Below are positions 1 through 14,184 of a DNA stretch of 64,000 nucleotides, one piece after another (positions within the stretch are counted from its first letter, which is position 1; each line of letters starts with the position of its first letter). The notes under the pieces are model-generated. The model was not told where the DNA came from. It did no database searches and worked only from the letters and a program-made list of their open reading frames with translations. Made by a program: the position numbers and the translations under genes. The DNA comes from the human T2T-CHM13v2.0 reference genome, Homo sapiens. The stretch is from assembly GCF_009914755.1 (NCBI RefSeq), contig NC_060944.1. The stretch is one strand, 5' to 3'.

Positions 1-140
1 ACCAGCTGGCAGCAACCTAGCTCAGCCTAGATGCACAATAATTCCCCAGACGACCTGGAGACCAATAAGTGACATAAATGCTTGTTCTAAATTGCTAAAT
101 TTTGAAGTTGTGTGTTACATAGCAATAATCTATTGTTACA
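1..140 (+). mobile_element. MLT1-type MaLR LTR, 3' end (cut by window edge)
   Basis: ataaatgcttgttctaaattgctaaattttgaagttgtgtgttacatagcaata resembles the MLT1 terminal motif. Confidence 0.65.
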
Positions 141-689
141 GTGGGAAAGTAAAGAATCAAGTATGTTTACACTATGTAACTTATAAAAGTGCAATACCCT
201 ACTCAAGAAAGTTTGCATTTGTTTTTTTGATTAAGATTTATTATCATCAAAAAAGGCCATGCTACTCGAGCATATAGTATAATGTATTGTTTGAGGTTGG
301 GTCTATATTAACAGCTATGACCATGAACTATATGATAAATTCCTATTCTTTAAGCTTCACATTAATAATGCCAAGTAAGAATGCAGGAGTGTATATAGAG
401 TTTCACAGAGGAGTATTTTTTTCTTAATTCTTGGGGCCAATTAACATACAATTTTCCACTTCTTATGTTACCAAGAAGGACATTATACATACACACACAA
501 TCACTCATACTCATATCCCTCTCCTAATCCCATCATTGTATGAAATGTGATAGCCCATAAAGGGAAATCCTAATCAAAAAGCTAACAAAGAGCAAAATAT
601 ATTTCTTATGTTTTGCCAAAGCCTACTGAAAACACAATCCCAAATAGGTGCTCATCTGTAGACTGTTGTATAAGAAAGAACACTGGAGG

Positions 690-932
690 AAGACCAGAGA
701 GACAAAGCAGAATACCAGAATATCTCTGATGGCATTTAAGCTCCAGAGCTCCTCATGGATCAAGCTGAGGCTAGACTTCACCTGAGCCCTTATTTTGTGC
801 TTGGCTTCTCCTCCTGCCTATCCAGTTTCCCTCACTCTTTTACAGCTTTCTCCAGAGAGCATTCCCTCAATAAGTCATTTGCACAAAGAATCTCCATCTC
901 AGGTCTGCATCCAAGGGCTCCTACCTAAGATG
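690..932 (+). mobile_element. LTR16-like ERVL LTR fragment
   Basis: 3' end caataagtcatttgcacaaagaatctccatctcaggtctgc...acctaaga is typical of the LTR16 family. Confidence 0.6.
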
Positions 933-1067
933 CCTTTTTGCAAAGTTTGATACTTAAGACTCCAATCAATTCTCCCCTTCCCATATCTTTCCAGAAAGTT
1001 TCATTTTGCTTAAGATAGTCAGCATCAGTTTTTACTTTGTTGGTAACCACTGAAAATTAGGAAATAA

Positions 1068-1780
1068 TGTAACTGCCCAGTGAGTTCATTTTGCCCACTG
1101 CCCAGATATTAATACAACTGTGGATTTATCAAGACAGGGGAATTGCAATAAAGAAAAACTTTAATTCACCTTATTGCTACTTAAATTGGTCTCCCCCAGA
1201 ATTTGGAGACTGGGTTTTCTTAAGGATGATTTGGTGGGTAGGGGGCCAGGGAGTGGAGAGTACTGATTGGTCGGGTCAGAGATGAAATTACAGGGCATCA
1301 AAACTGTCCTCTTCTGTTGAGTCCATTCCTGGGTGGGGCCATGAGACCAGATGAACTAATTTACTGATTTGGGTGGTGCCAGGTGATCCATTGAGTGCAA
1401 GGTCTGAAAAATATCTTGAGCACCAGTCTTAGGTTTGACAATAGAGATGTTTTATCCCTAGGAGCAATTGGGGAGGTTTAGAATCTTGTGGTCTCTAGCT
1501 GCATGACTCCTAAACCATAATTTCTAATCTTGTCGTTAATTTGTTAGTCCTACAAAGGCAGTCTGGTTCATAGGCAAGAAGGGGTTTTGTTTCAGAAAAG
1601 CATTGTTATCATGTTTCTTTCAAAGTTAGACTATAAACTAAGTTCCTCCCAAAGTTAGGGCTGTGCCCAGGAATGAACAAGGACAGTTTGGAGGTTATAA
1701 GCAAGATGGAGTTGGTTAGGTCAGATTTCTTTCACTGTCACAATTTTCTCCCTGTTATAATTTTTGCAAAGGCAGTTTCA
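1068..1780 (-). mobile_element. LTR8-family (ERV1) solo LTR, full length
   Basis: Reverse strand begins TGAAACTGCCTTTGCAAAAATTAT (LTR8 start) and ends ...GTTACA; 4-bp TSD ataa at 1064-1067 and 1781-1784. Confidence 0.85.
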
Positions 1781-2809
1781 ATAAGTTGTATAGAAAGGAA
1801 CTCAACTACCTTTGTCTATCGGGAAATGTCTTTAAAAAGTTTCAAGAGGCAATATATCTCAGGAAATTAAATCTGTGAAAATAAAACATATGATTTTAAG
1901 GATTGCATCAGCTGACCAAATGTGATGTGTTAACGAAGATGTTTAAAAAGTAAATGTAATCTTTTCAATTACAGTTACATTAGCATGATTTCAATAGCCA
2001 AATGAAATACCCACACCCATTCAAGGCAATTATTATGTAATAAAACACTCTACTTATTATACTCAGGCAGTTAAATCCTACTGAAATAATCTTTCTGGCA
2101 TAATACATGACTCCAGAAATATCCTGCATATGCAATCAGCTGCAGTAAAATCTTTGCAAGTGCCATTGCTTCAAGTTAACCTTTTTTTAGTGTCTTGAAC
2201 CTCAAAAGTCAAATACACTTTGAAAACATCAAGTCTTTAAATTATTAAATGCTTTCACATTTCACCCAATGAATAAAACAGACTTAATTAATAGAGAGAT
2301 CACAGCCTCACTCACATTAGCAACTCAAATAAATGCCTCATAGGGCTCCACTGGAGATATGCAAAGACACAGTCTTTGACCTGCCCTGCTGGCAGCTAGT
2401 TTTCAAAGGTCTGTAAAGTTTATGCCATGAAGATGACACAAACCATGATTCAGCCATGCATCTGACAGCCTGTGGGGAAGAGGTGTGAGCTGCCCTTAAA
2501 TTAGGCATGCAGAGATGCAAAACACGGCAGTGTGTGTACACAACCCTCCTAACTAGACAGAGTTCAACTCATTTTATAGTTCAGTTCAGTTCCTAAAAAG
2601 TCTCCTGTAAATGAGTTCAAAGCAAGAATCCAAATCAAGGCTCTAATGAAAGGAACACTGAGATGAAATGCACCAAAAAGTGAGAAATCCTCTTTTAAAA
2701 CCAATAACCACTATCCATCTTACTTGCTTTTCCATATGGCATCTGATTAAAGTAAGATGGCAACCCATTGCAGAAACCTGTCAACCCATTGCAGAAACAA
2801 TTTGCCAAG

Positions 2810-2985
2810 AACCTGTTCTTCATGGCTCTTATATATGGATATGGTATTCTGTTTACTGTCTGCCTTCCCCATCACTGAAACATAGCTCCATGAAGATAGG
2901 GTTTTGTTTCATCACTGAGGGGCCACAGGGCCTGTGCTGGCCCACAGGAAGTGTTCAATAAGTATTTGCTGGGTGAAGGGAGAAA
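2810..2985 (+). mobile_element. L2 3' end
   Basis: gctccatgaagataggg...ggaagtgttcaataagtatttgctgggtgaa L2 tail. Confidence 0.7.
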
Positions 2986-3344
2986 AAAAGAGAATAAGTG
3001 AGGACTGAATTTGTGCTAATTAAATCCCAAACTCATACTAATAAAAACAGCAGCAATGCATTTGTGAAGACATTGAAAATGTTAGTTTTCAAAATACTAA
3101 TATTAATATTCTATAAAATATGTGGAAGATAACCTTTTCCAGGTTTTATGTCTTGAGAAATCAGAGGAGCACAATCTAGTTGAGAAAGTAAAGCATTAGT
3201 TGAGCCAAAAATGTATCTACGTATCTGGTTCTCTGATGCATTGGGTGGAGCTGGCCTTCAGTGTAGCTCAGAGGGTAATTGGGACACATGCCCCAAATCC
3301 AGTAAATAGCAATGCAAACACTGGTGCATTCCCCTACAACTGCA

Positions 3345-3676
3345 CTGTTTGATACAGTAGCCACACACCACCCCCAGCCTCCCATCCCGGCAGCTGCTGA
3401 GCACTTGAAAAGTGGCTAGTTTGTTGAAATATGAAATGCGTTGTAAAATACACACCAAATCTCAAAGTTCTGGGACAAAAAGTGAAATAACTCATTAACA
3501 CTTTTTACGTTATCTACATGTTAAAATGGTATTTTGGATGTACTGGGTTAAGAAATATATTATTAAAATTAATTTCTCTTGTGTCTTTTTACATCGTAAT
3601 TGGCTCCTGAAAAAATTAAAACAATGTATATAGCTCATGTTAGTGTCTCACATTAAACTTTTTTGGACAGTGCTGA
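3345..3676. mobile_element. MER33/MER3-like hAT-Charlie MITE
   Basis: gcacttgaaaagtggctagt...ttttggatgtactgggtta...ttggacagtgctg. Confidence 0.75.
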
Positions 3677-3689
3677 ACTAAGGCATGTC

Positions 3690-4121
3690 CTCTCTCTACA
3701 CAGCAAAGGCCGGTTACTGCAAACATCTGTAACTTATTACCCAGAGGGCCTTTATCTCACTATGGGAACACACCTAGCCCTAGTGCAGGGAAAGTCCGTA
3801 GTGTCAAATAGTTCATGACTCTGGAAGCAGTTTTTAACTGATGGCAGAAAGAGAGCTACTGGTTACACCAGCTTTCTTGCCTTTCACTTGGGACAATTCA
3901 GGGGCATGTTCTACAATGTCTCCTAGAGTTCCCCAGCAGGATTGAGCACCAGTTGTCCATAATGGCAACTCATTTGAAAACATACTTTTCACCGAATTCT
4001 TTCCCTACCCTGTCTCATTTCTCCTCTCCTAGGTATTGCCTGGGGTTACTTCCTCAATAAACTATACTTGTGTTAGAATCCTTTCTCAGGGTCTACTTGT
4101 GGTACAACCCAAATTAAGACA
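3690..4121 (+). mobile_element. LTR16(C)-like ERVL LTR
   Basis: gagttccccagcaggattgagcaccagttg...aataaacta...caacccaaattaagaca. Confidence 0.7.
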
Positions 4122-6384
4122 ATATGAAAAAAAAACTCTATTACATATATTCCACATCTTTTAATTCATTAAGGAGTTTTATTACAAGTCCTCATAAACC
4201 TAACAACTTCTTAAAGCTGAAGTGTAGTGATAGCCTTATGACTATCAGACCTATTTTCATGCTTATCCAAGATAGGTTGAAAATAAAATATGATGAATAT
4301 AAAAAGAAAATATAAAAGTTAGATTTCATCAAATCAAATACAGACTTTAACCCCACTCTAGATATTTCATTGGTTTCCACTCAGTCCAGTCTTTAATAAG
4401 ATTTTAAAGCTCTGTTCTCTTCTTCGATTTTGTTTGGGAAGCTCTGGATTTTTAAAAGAAATACCAGAGTTCAGAGGTTCTGAGATTCAGTGGAGGGTTT
4501 TGTCATATTTCAGCATGGACTTGAATCCTTAGGTCAAGTGCTTCAACATTTTCTCCCTCATAAAATGGCCTGACTTCAAGAACCAAGTACTGATGAATAC
4601 ACTAATGAAATGTTCCATATTCTAGGTCTTCCAAGAACATTTTTATGTACATGTATACTGATCTCCTTCATGCTGTTCTATTTTTAAACTTTTACTTGAA
4701 TTCTCCTCCTCTTCTTTCAAAATACTTTGATAGTAGTAGAATCAGTTCCCTGGATAAAATGCATCCACTCTTTATTATCTCACACCACGTAACCTGTCAT
4801 TACAGTGTTTTAGACGCCAAGCCTCACAGTGACAAGAACAATCAAATGTTGAATTCGGGCACAGACAAAAGTAAATATGGATGTTTGTTGCTCTTGGTAT
4901 ATAAATAACAGGATTCTTTGCAGAAGGAGTTTGCTTCAGAAGTTATGCTGCCCTTGGGAGCTACTTCATAGCCTTATTTGGATTGCAAGCTTTTTTATAC
5001 TTTCCTACAATAGCAAATGTATGCGATACTTTCTGGGGCAACAAAGAATTGTGTGCATGCCTGCTTTTGCTCTTGAGGCAGCCTTAGCAGGGAATAATAG
5101 TGTTGCTAAGTCATTTATCTGAAAATGTGAGGTACGGATGTCCTTTCTAGCCTTATGCTTTGTGGTGAACTCATCATACTATTAACAGAAGTATAGAATC
5201 CAGCATTTTACCTCCCCAACACAGGTGGCCAAAACATTAGCATAGAAGGGAGTGGCATCGAACACATGAATGTTTTCTCATGTACTGAACACCAACAGAT
5301 CTCCCCACATGCCAAGCCCGTGCAACAACAGTGATGTCTCCTTCCTATCCATGCCTACCATGGGCTAGCTCAATTCCCATCTTCTATCTCAGCGAGTACC
5401 TGGAAGGGAGTACTTTGGATAGTGGTATGCTGAAGCCAGCTCGCATAGAATAGTGATAGCTGATTGCAGCCTCTTGTTTCAGCCCCACTACCATGACTTT
5501 GTGACATTGCATTGGTAGCTTGAAATTGGCCATGGTATTTAGATTTTGAAAACTTGCCAAGGCTAAAATTCAAGGCTTTCCCCCTTGGAGTCTAGGTTGT
5601 TAAATATTTATCAGTTCACCACTAAATGTGTGGGAACTAAAATGAACATAGCAGCTTATAGAAATAAAATGTGTTCTATTTATGTCCTTGCCCCAGTAAG
5701 GACAAGAAATGCCTCTGTGACATCCACAGGCTCCCTTCTTTATAAATTGTCTACTTTGTCTTCTGCCTGGAGGCCATGTCTAAGGAAAAGAAAGGCAGCA
5801 AAGTTTTTACCAACAAAACAGGCTCTGGGGCTCAGGTTTCAGAGCCCACTGAGTGTAGTTCCAGGTCTGCTCTCCAAAGGGGACAGAACCCCTTGTGACT
5901 CCAGCCACAACACAGTCCCTGGAGGAATTATGCACTAATGTAATATTTGCTTGGCTCCTAGGAACTCTTACTGAGAAAGCAAGCAAGCATTCAATATGAG
6001 AACACAATCAAATAAGGAAGATTTCACTTAACACTACGTCCTACAAGATAACAAATCCAGGAAAAGTATTAATTGAAAGGGTAGCAAGTTATATAAGATG
6101 ATGCAGAATGTAGCTGGGCTTTTTAATTTTACTATCTCTTTTCACTGCTAAACATCTGATAACACCATGTTTTAATAAAATTACTTTGTAGCATATTTAC
6201 ATTTGTCAGAACCTGTTTCTTATCATATCCAATAGATAAGTGTTCCTCTGTTTGCATTATGGGAAACTTCTATTTGGCAAGGTGAACAGATGATCACGAT
6301 CATCTTTTGAGAAGTATTCAGCTAATGTCTGCTTGTTGCCTCACACCTATGGGAAATCTAAAATTGTGATATTTCACAGAATTT

Positions 6385-6520
6385 AAGGGAGAGATTGTTA
6401 AAACACAGATTCCTGGCCACACCCCAGTGATTCAGAGTCAGTAGGTGAGGAGCCCATGAATTTGCATCTCTATCAAGCTCCCAGATGAAGGAAAGGGATC
6501 CTCACTTTGAGTAGCCCTGC
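6385..6520. mobile_element. MER5A hAT MITE
   Basis: ttgttaaaacacagattcctggcc...gaatttgcatctctatcaagctccca...cactttgag. Confidence 0.75.
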
Positions 6521-7555
6521 CCTGAACAATGTTACATCTTGAGTAGTTGGTGATGCCTGTGGTACAAGGTCGAAAAAGGAGGCTCTCCTGGTCCCATGCA
6601 TGGGGCTTTTTTGAAACCCACAACGTTTACCCAAACCCAGCTACGAAATGACTCCCTGGAGGCAGGAAGAGAATGTTGCCTGGTCTCAGGAATGTTGGGT
6701 CATGGGGAACAAGTCCCTATAAGACACCAGCAGACTATTTTAAACTCTGTGTCTAGGGTTACATTCAAGTCGTAACATATACCAACCATCTCATTCTCTA
6801 TTCAATATCCGCCTGTCAGCCATTTAGTCAAATAAAACCTTTTAGGAAAGAATACAGCTTTGAGCTGCAAAAAGCTGCTATCCTACTGGGAGGGGTCACC
6901 CTACGCTAATGTTTTCCAGGGCTTATATTGAAAGTGTGTAAATATTTGTAATTAAATTGAACCATGTAGCTGTCCTTCCCATGTGATGTTATTGGGTAGC
7001 TGTGACCACCAGAGTGTTATAGCAACATGAGACATATTTACTGAAAATCATAATGGCTTTCAATAACTGAAGTACTACTTTGTTTTGTGGGGGATGTCAA
7101 AAATTAGAGCCAAAAACAGAGACAGAAACTTAAAAAGCTCATTCCAGACTTTTAGGACAATGACAAAATAGTGAAAAAATCTTGAAACTTTATAATTTAG
7201 TTCTCCATGCTATTCATCAAGAGTTCCAGTATTGAGGGCTAAATGATCTACTTGATCAACAATTCATTCTGGTTAACAGCCAAAAAATGGCTCTTGTTTT
7301 CAATTCTTAGCAAAACTGTCTGATACAAATCTTCCGTTCTCCCATTTGGATAGGGACTCATAAAAGGTGTGAAGTGTCAACATTAATTCTACAAATCTAC
7401 TGGGCTGCTCCTGACAGAATGGTCAGAAAAGATCCCAGAAGTTCTCAACAGAGAATTTCAAGTTTTTGATGGTTGAGAAAAAAAAAAAAAAATGTATATT
7501 TGAGTTTAGCTTCTTTTTGAAGTTCATCATCTATATCAATTCATCTGACATTTAT

Positions 7556-7558
7556 CTT

Positions 7559-7590
<32 letters not shown>

Positions 7591-7840
7591 TAGACAGAGT
7601 ACTACTTTGTCACTCAGGCTGGAGTGCCGTGGTACGATCTCGGCTCACTGCAATCTCCACCTTCCAGGTTGCAGTGATTCTCGTGCCTCAGCCTCCTGAG
7701 TAGCTGGAACTACAGGCATGCATCACCATGCTCAGCTAATTTTTTTGTATTTTTAGTAGAGACAAGGTTTCACTATGTTGGCCAAACTGGTCTCAAACTC
7801 CTGACCTCAAGTGTTCTGCCTGCTTCAGCCTCCCAAAGTG
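7556..7840 (-). mobile_element. AluS (Sx/Sz-like), lacks about 30 nt of the 5' end
   Basis: Poly-T, dimeric Alu body, stops at cccaaagtg. Confidence 0.92.
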
Positions 7841-8244
7841 AAACATTGATACTCTTATCACAAAATTACAGGGCCTGTTCTAAGAAGGCAGTACATTCAT
7901 TTAACACTACAGAATATGCTAAGTAGTTTTCCTTAGAGCATAAGCATATAAAGTATCACTAGTGTCATTTCAGAGTAGACAAATATGTTTGACTCTAATA
8001 CCACAGGCTAACCTAACCCAACAGAAGTTTAAAAGGAGAAAGTTATCTTTAGCTTTGCTTTTCCTGATCCCACTGTTTTTCAAAGAAAAATAAATATCAT
8101 CTTCCAGGCCTGATGCTGTATTAACTGAGTGTGCAATCCAAACACACAGAAGGACATCTCTGCTTCTGGGTGGGCTCTTTCCTGTGTTACAGGCCCGTTT
8201 AGAATCAGGTGGTGATTATTAAGAATCCCTGCCCTTGAAATATC

Positions 8245-10370
8245 TGTACACAAAAAACTGTAGAACACTGATGAAATTAAAGAATATCTAAATAAATGGA
8301 AGGATATTCGGTGTTCATGGATTGAAATAATTCATACTGGTAAAATGTTCATTCTACCCTGCACAATCTATAGATTCAAAATTTTGCATCAAAATTCTAT
8401 CAAAATTCCAATGGCAATTTTTAACATCAGAAGTAGAAAAAGCAGTGTTAAAATTCATATGAAACCACAAAGACCCTGAATAGCCAAACCGATTTTGAGC
8501 AAGAACAAGAAGGCTGGAGGCACCATACTTCCCAATTTAAAATTATATTACAAAGCTATAGTAATCAAAACAGCATGGCACTGGCATAAAAATAGACACA
8601 TAAGTGGGTAACTATGTGAGATGAAGTATATATTAATTTGCTTCACTATTGTAATCATTTTATCATCTATACATCTCTTGTAACATGTTGCATATTTTAA
8701 ATACACACAAGAATTTTTTTTTAAAATGGATTGGAAGTCATACTCCACCTCCTTAAGGGTAGAGTAGCCATATAAAAAATTGTTGAGAATTCTTCTTCAC
8801 AGGAAAATAAAATAAACATAGACCAATTGAACGGAATAAAAAACCAAGACATAAACCCCACACATATACAGTCAAATAATTGTTGACAAGGGCAGCAAGA
8901 ATACAAAAAGGGGAATGAACAGCCTCTTCAATAAACAGTGATGGGAAAACTGAATATTCAAATGTAAAATAATAAAATTGGGCCCTTCTCTTACACCACA
9001 CACAAAAATCAACTTAAAATGGATTAAAGACTTAAATGTAACACTTGAAGATGTAAAACTCCTAGAAGAACACAGAGAAAAAATTCTTTGACATTGGTCT
9101 TGGCAGTAAATTTTTGGATATAGCACCCAAAGCATAGGAAACAGAAGCAAAAATAAACAAATGGGACTACATCAAATTAAAATGCTTCTGCATAGCAAAG
9201 GAAACAATTAACAAAATGAAAAGACAACCTATGGAATAGTAGAACATATTTGCAAATCTTGTATCTGATAAGGTGTTAATATCCAAAATCTATAACAAAC
9301 TCATACAACTCAATAGCAAATAAAATAAAACAAATACCTAATTTAAATGGGCACAGGAAGGATCTGAACAGATGTATCTCCACAGAAGACAAACAAATGG
9401 CCAACTATATTAAAAGGCACCTGACATCTCTAATCATCAGAGAAAAGCAAATCAAAATCACAATGAGATATCACCTCATGACTGTTAGAATGGTTATTAT
9501 CAAAAAGACAACAAATAATAAGTGTTGGTAAAGATATGGAGAAAATGGGACTCTGGTACACTATTTATGGGAAGGTAAATTAGTACATCCATTATGGAAA
9601 ACAGTATGGAAAGTTCTCAAGAAATTAAAAATAGAATTATGTGGTCCAGTAATCCCACTTCTAGGTATTTATCCCAAGAAATTCAAATCAGGATGTTGAA
9701 GAGACACTTGTGCTCCCTTGTTCACTGTGGCATTACACATAATAGCCAAGAAACGGAAACAACTTAAATGCCCATGAACAGGAAAATGGATTTTAAACTG
9801 TGGTGTATATGCATAATGAAATATTTTCAGCCTTAAAAAAAGAAACAAATCCTGCTATTTGCAACAACATGGATGAATCTAGAGGACATTATGCTAAGTG
9901 AAATAAGCCAGAGACAGAAATACAAATACTGTATGATCTCACCTATACGTGAAATCTAAAATAGGCATAATCATGGAAGCAGAAGGTAGAATGCTGATTG
10001 CCTGGGGCTGAGGGGAAGGGGAAATGGGGAAGCAATGGTTAGAGGGTTCAAAGTTTTACTTATACAAGATAAATAGGTTCTGTAGATCTACTATATAGCA
10101 TAGTACCTATAGTTAACAATACTATATTGTACCAAGACGGTAGAACTCAGTGTTCTTATCACACATACACACATGCACACACATGAAATTATAATAAGAG
10201 GGGCAGGGTGAGAGGAAACTTTGGGAGGTGATGGATATGCCTACAGCTTTAATGGTGGCAGTGGCTTCACAGGTGTATACTTATCCCCAAATTCACTGAG
10301 TTGTACACATTAAATATGTATAGCTTCTTACATGTCAACCATTCTGCAAAAAAGTAGTTTTTAAAAAACC
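8245..10370 (+). mobile_element. L1MA10/L1MB1-like LINE: ORF2 3' part plus 3' UTR (decayed)
   Basis: ORF2-like sequence (aaatggaaggatatt...acaatgagatatcacctca) and 3' UTR ggaaactttgggaggtgatggatat; interrupted at 8603-8820. Confidence 0.88.
8603..8726 (+). mobile_element. Short L1MA5-like 3' end nested in the older L1
   Basis: gtaactatgtgagatgaagtatatattaatttgcttcactattgtaatcatttt; splits the host motif agacacata|gaccaat. Confidence 0.7.
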
Positions 10371-10602
10371 TAACTTATCCTAACTGATACAGACACATAT
10401 CAAAAATAAACCAATAAGCTGTTAAATGAAAAACAAAACAAAAAAAAACAATCTTGAAGCCCAACTCTCATCTGATGACTAAACCGTGCAGATTAAGCAA
10501 CAGAATGAAGTTGGTCCCAATAAGACTGATGTTTTAGCAAATATGACAGGAGTGAATTGAGTTGCAAAACTGCAGGAAAAATGGAACAAACAGTATTTTC
10601 CC

Positions 10603-11495
10603 GTTTTTTTTATTTTGAAACATTTCAAACTGAAGAAAAGTTGCAAGAGTAGAAGAATTAATGCCCAGACAACCTTCACCTAGATTCTTCAAAGATTAAC
10701 ATTTTGCCACATTTGCTTTCTCTGTATGTGTGTATATTGTGTTTATACGTACATATAATTACACATATACTTAAACACACATACACATATAAATATATGC
10801 GTATCCTTTTTTTCTGAATCACCTGAATGTACCTGCAGGTATGACACTTCACCACTAATCAACACATTTCTCATAAGACAAACCCATTCTCCTGTATAAC
10901 TATGACATACTAATTGCATTTGGGAAATTTAACATTGATACAATATTATTATCAAATATATAGTCTATAATCAAAATCTCCACCTTAAACCAATAATGTC
11001 CTTTATAGTTTCATTTTCCAGGATCTGAACCAGAATCACACACTGCATTTAGTCATCATTCTTGATCTCCTTTCATCAAGGACACTGTGTTGGCTTCCAT
11101 GACATTGACATTTTAAAAGAGTACAGCTGAGATTTTTCAAGACAGCTCTAAATTAGGATTTGCCTGAGTTTTTTCTTAAGATTATGTTCATAGTTAACAG
11201 TTTTGGTAGGCATACTGTGTAGATAACATTAGGTCCCTTTCTCAGTGTATCGTATGGGGCACATGGTTTTAGTTTGCCCCATTATTGGCAATATTAAATT
11301 TGATCAATTGGAAGAGGCAATATCTGCCAAATCTCTCCATTTTAATGCTACCTTTTCCCCTTTGTAAGTAATAAATGTGGGTATATCACTTTGAAGCCTA
11401 TGCAAATATTCTCTTGCTCAGCACCCTTTAGCCCAGTGGTTTTAGCATCTGTTGATGACTCTTACCTACATCAATTATTACTACGGTGATGGTAA
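10603..11495 (-). mobile_element. L1MC4/5-like 3' UTR
   Basis: ttattttgaaacatttcaaac...aaaagttgcaag...aacattttgccacatttgcttt. Confidence 0.75.
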
Positions 11496-11849
11496 AATAA
11501 GCATTATGGCTGAAGGCATTACCTATACTGGAGATTAGAGTCCAATATAAAAGCCAATTAACTCATATATAGAAAAGAGTCTTCATTAGGATTGATCTTG
11601 TTATTGCTTAAGAAACAGTTTCTTCTATTTTCTGAGATAATGCATTACTGGTGGATAACTTCGAGTACAGTTGTGGTTATTTTTCTAGAGTAACTGGATA
11701 TACGTTAGGGTGGAAATGCATAGAACTAAATATTTTTAAAGGCCCATTTTAGGATCTTTAAAAAATAACAGATGGTTCTGAGTGGATGGTCTCTGTGGCA
11801 GAGACATTTACAGTACATCATATACCCACAGATTTACCAATTGTCCTTG

Positions 11850-12182
11850 CAGTTGGGAGGGACCCAGTACCTAGCTTTAGGCAATGACCTATGAGTGGAA
11901 TTGATAAATCACTTTTGCACTGAAGGTATTACAAGCACATGTATAACCCTCACCTGTCTCCTTTGCTCCAGCGGTGACCATGGAGACTGAGTATTGAAAT
12001 AATGAGCCATAACATGATGCTGTCCGGGTTGCTAAATCATTGCATGAAGAATAGCTGCACTGGAGAGTTTCTTGACCTGTAGTGGAGTTTGCATGAGTGA
12101 AAAACAAACTCCTATGGGTGAAATGCTAGAATTTGGGGATTTTTTTTAACCACAGTATAAATCTAGCCTATCCTAATAGTAT
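11850..12182 (+). mobile_element. Old MLT1 (J/K-like) LTR
   Basis: 3' end gaatttggggattttttttaaccacagtataaatctagcctatcctaatagta. Confidence 0.55.
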
Positions 12183-12403
12183 CTAAAAGCCAGTTTTCAT
12201 TTTCACCAATAATCTAAAATTTATAATAATCATCTTTGGGTTAGGATAGTAGTTTATTAATTTATTCATAGTAGTAACTCAATAATTGGTGCAAAAATAC
12301 TGATTGCCTATGGAACAACATTTCCTATCCCTCCCTAGCCTCCATTTTTTTTTTCTGGCAGAGCCAAATTCCAATTATAAAAAGTGAAAATGTTAGCTAT
12401 TTT

Positions 12404-12627
12404 CTGTGGCATTCTGGAGCTGGCTAACACTAATTCTATGAGAGCTGTTTTTGCAAGGTGGTTGATATAACACTGGTAGCTTAAAACTGGCCATGATGGG
12501 AGTATTCACACCAAGAAACTGCAGATGCTGCAAATCAACCCTCCTCCCATCAAGCCGCCCTCTCCCTGCTTCTCCCTGCCCAACCCTCCTGCTAAGAACT
12601 AGTTGTTGAACATTTAACAGCACATTC
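12404..12627. mobile_element. MER63A-like hAT MITE
   Basis: ctggtagcttaaaactggccatgatgggagtattcacacca...gttgaacatttaacagcac. Confidence 0.7.
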
Positions 12628-12842
12628 TTAGATATTTTCTTTCCCAGGTTCTACTGCAAATAGGAAGGGCATGTGACCTAATGTTGCCCAAGAAGACTTG
12701 AGAGGAAATTAGATACAGGACTTCAAAAAGTCAAAAGAAATGTGTATATATGATCACCAAGAGACATGCACTAGAATGCTCACTGCAGCACTACTCATAA
12801 CCCCAAACTGGTTACTGTTTAAAATGATAACCAAGTAGAATG

Positions 12843-13393
<551 letters not shown>

Positions 13394-14184
13394 GACAATG
13401 GAATACTATGGAGTAATAAAAATAATTTACACACAAAAATGGCTGTGAATCCCACAAACATAATGAGTAAAAGAAGCCAACATGAGACAGTACATAGTGT
13501 GAAGTTCCATTTAAAGTTCAAAAGGTTAAAATAGGTGAAACTAATCTAAGATGTTAGAAACTTAAAATCATGCAACTAATTACATTTGGAGAAGGTAGTG
13601 ATTGAAAAGGGGCATATGGGAGACTTCTTAGGTACTAATGATATTCTGCTTTTTGATTTGAATGCTGGATGCATTCAGTTGTGAAAACATATCAAGCTAT
13701 ATATGCCTAACAATATGTGCACAATTCTTCATTAAAATGTTTTTTTTTTAAGAGAGAGAAGAGACAAGAGAGAAAAGAGACAAACTTTGTTTTCCTTCCA
13801 ACATTAGGATATGCTCCCACAAGATGCTGATGCCTGACCATGGCCCCCACGTTCGGCCAAAATACACAGACCTGAGGGTATATATTGACAGACTGCGGGG
13901 AGCTGGATTCTTGGCAGCAAGGCTGAACCACTGCACCAATCTTGGGACCCCTTCCAGAATTCATTTTAATAAGGATGATTTTTATCAGGCCACATGCAGT
14001 TATGTCATCAAAATTACTCATTTTGATTTTGGATACAGGCAGCCTTTGATATTGCATGGAGGAAAATTTTGAAAGATGAGATCATAAAGGAGAATAATTA
14101 ACCTATTTAAGTGAATAATGTTCAATCCTGGATCAAATAATCAATGAACTTATCCTCATCATTCTATTTATTAAATCAGGTCCG

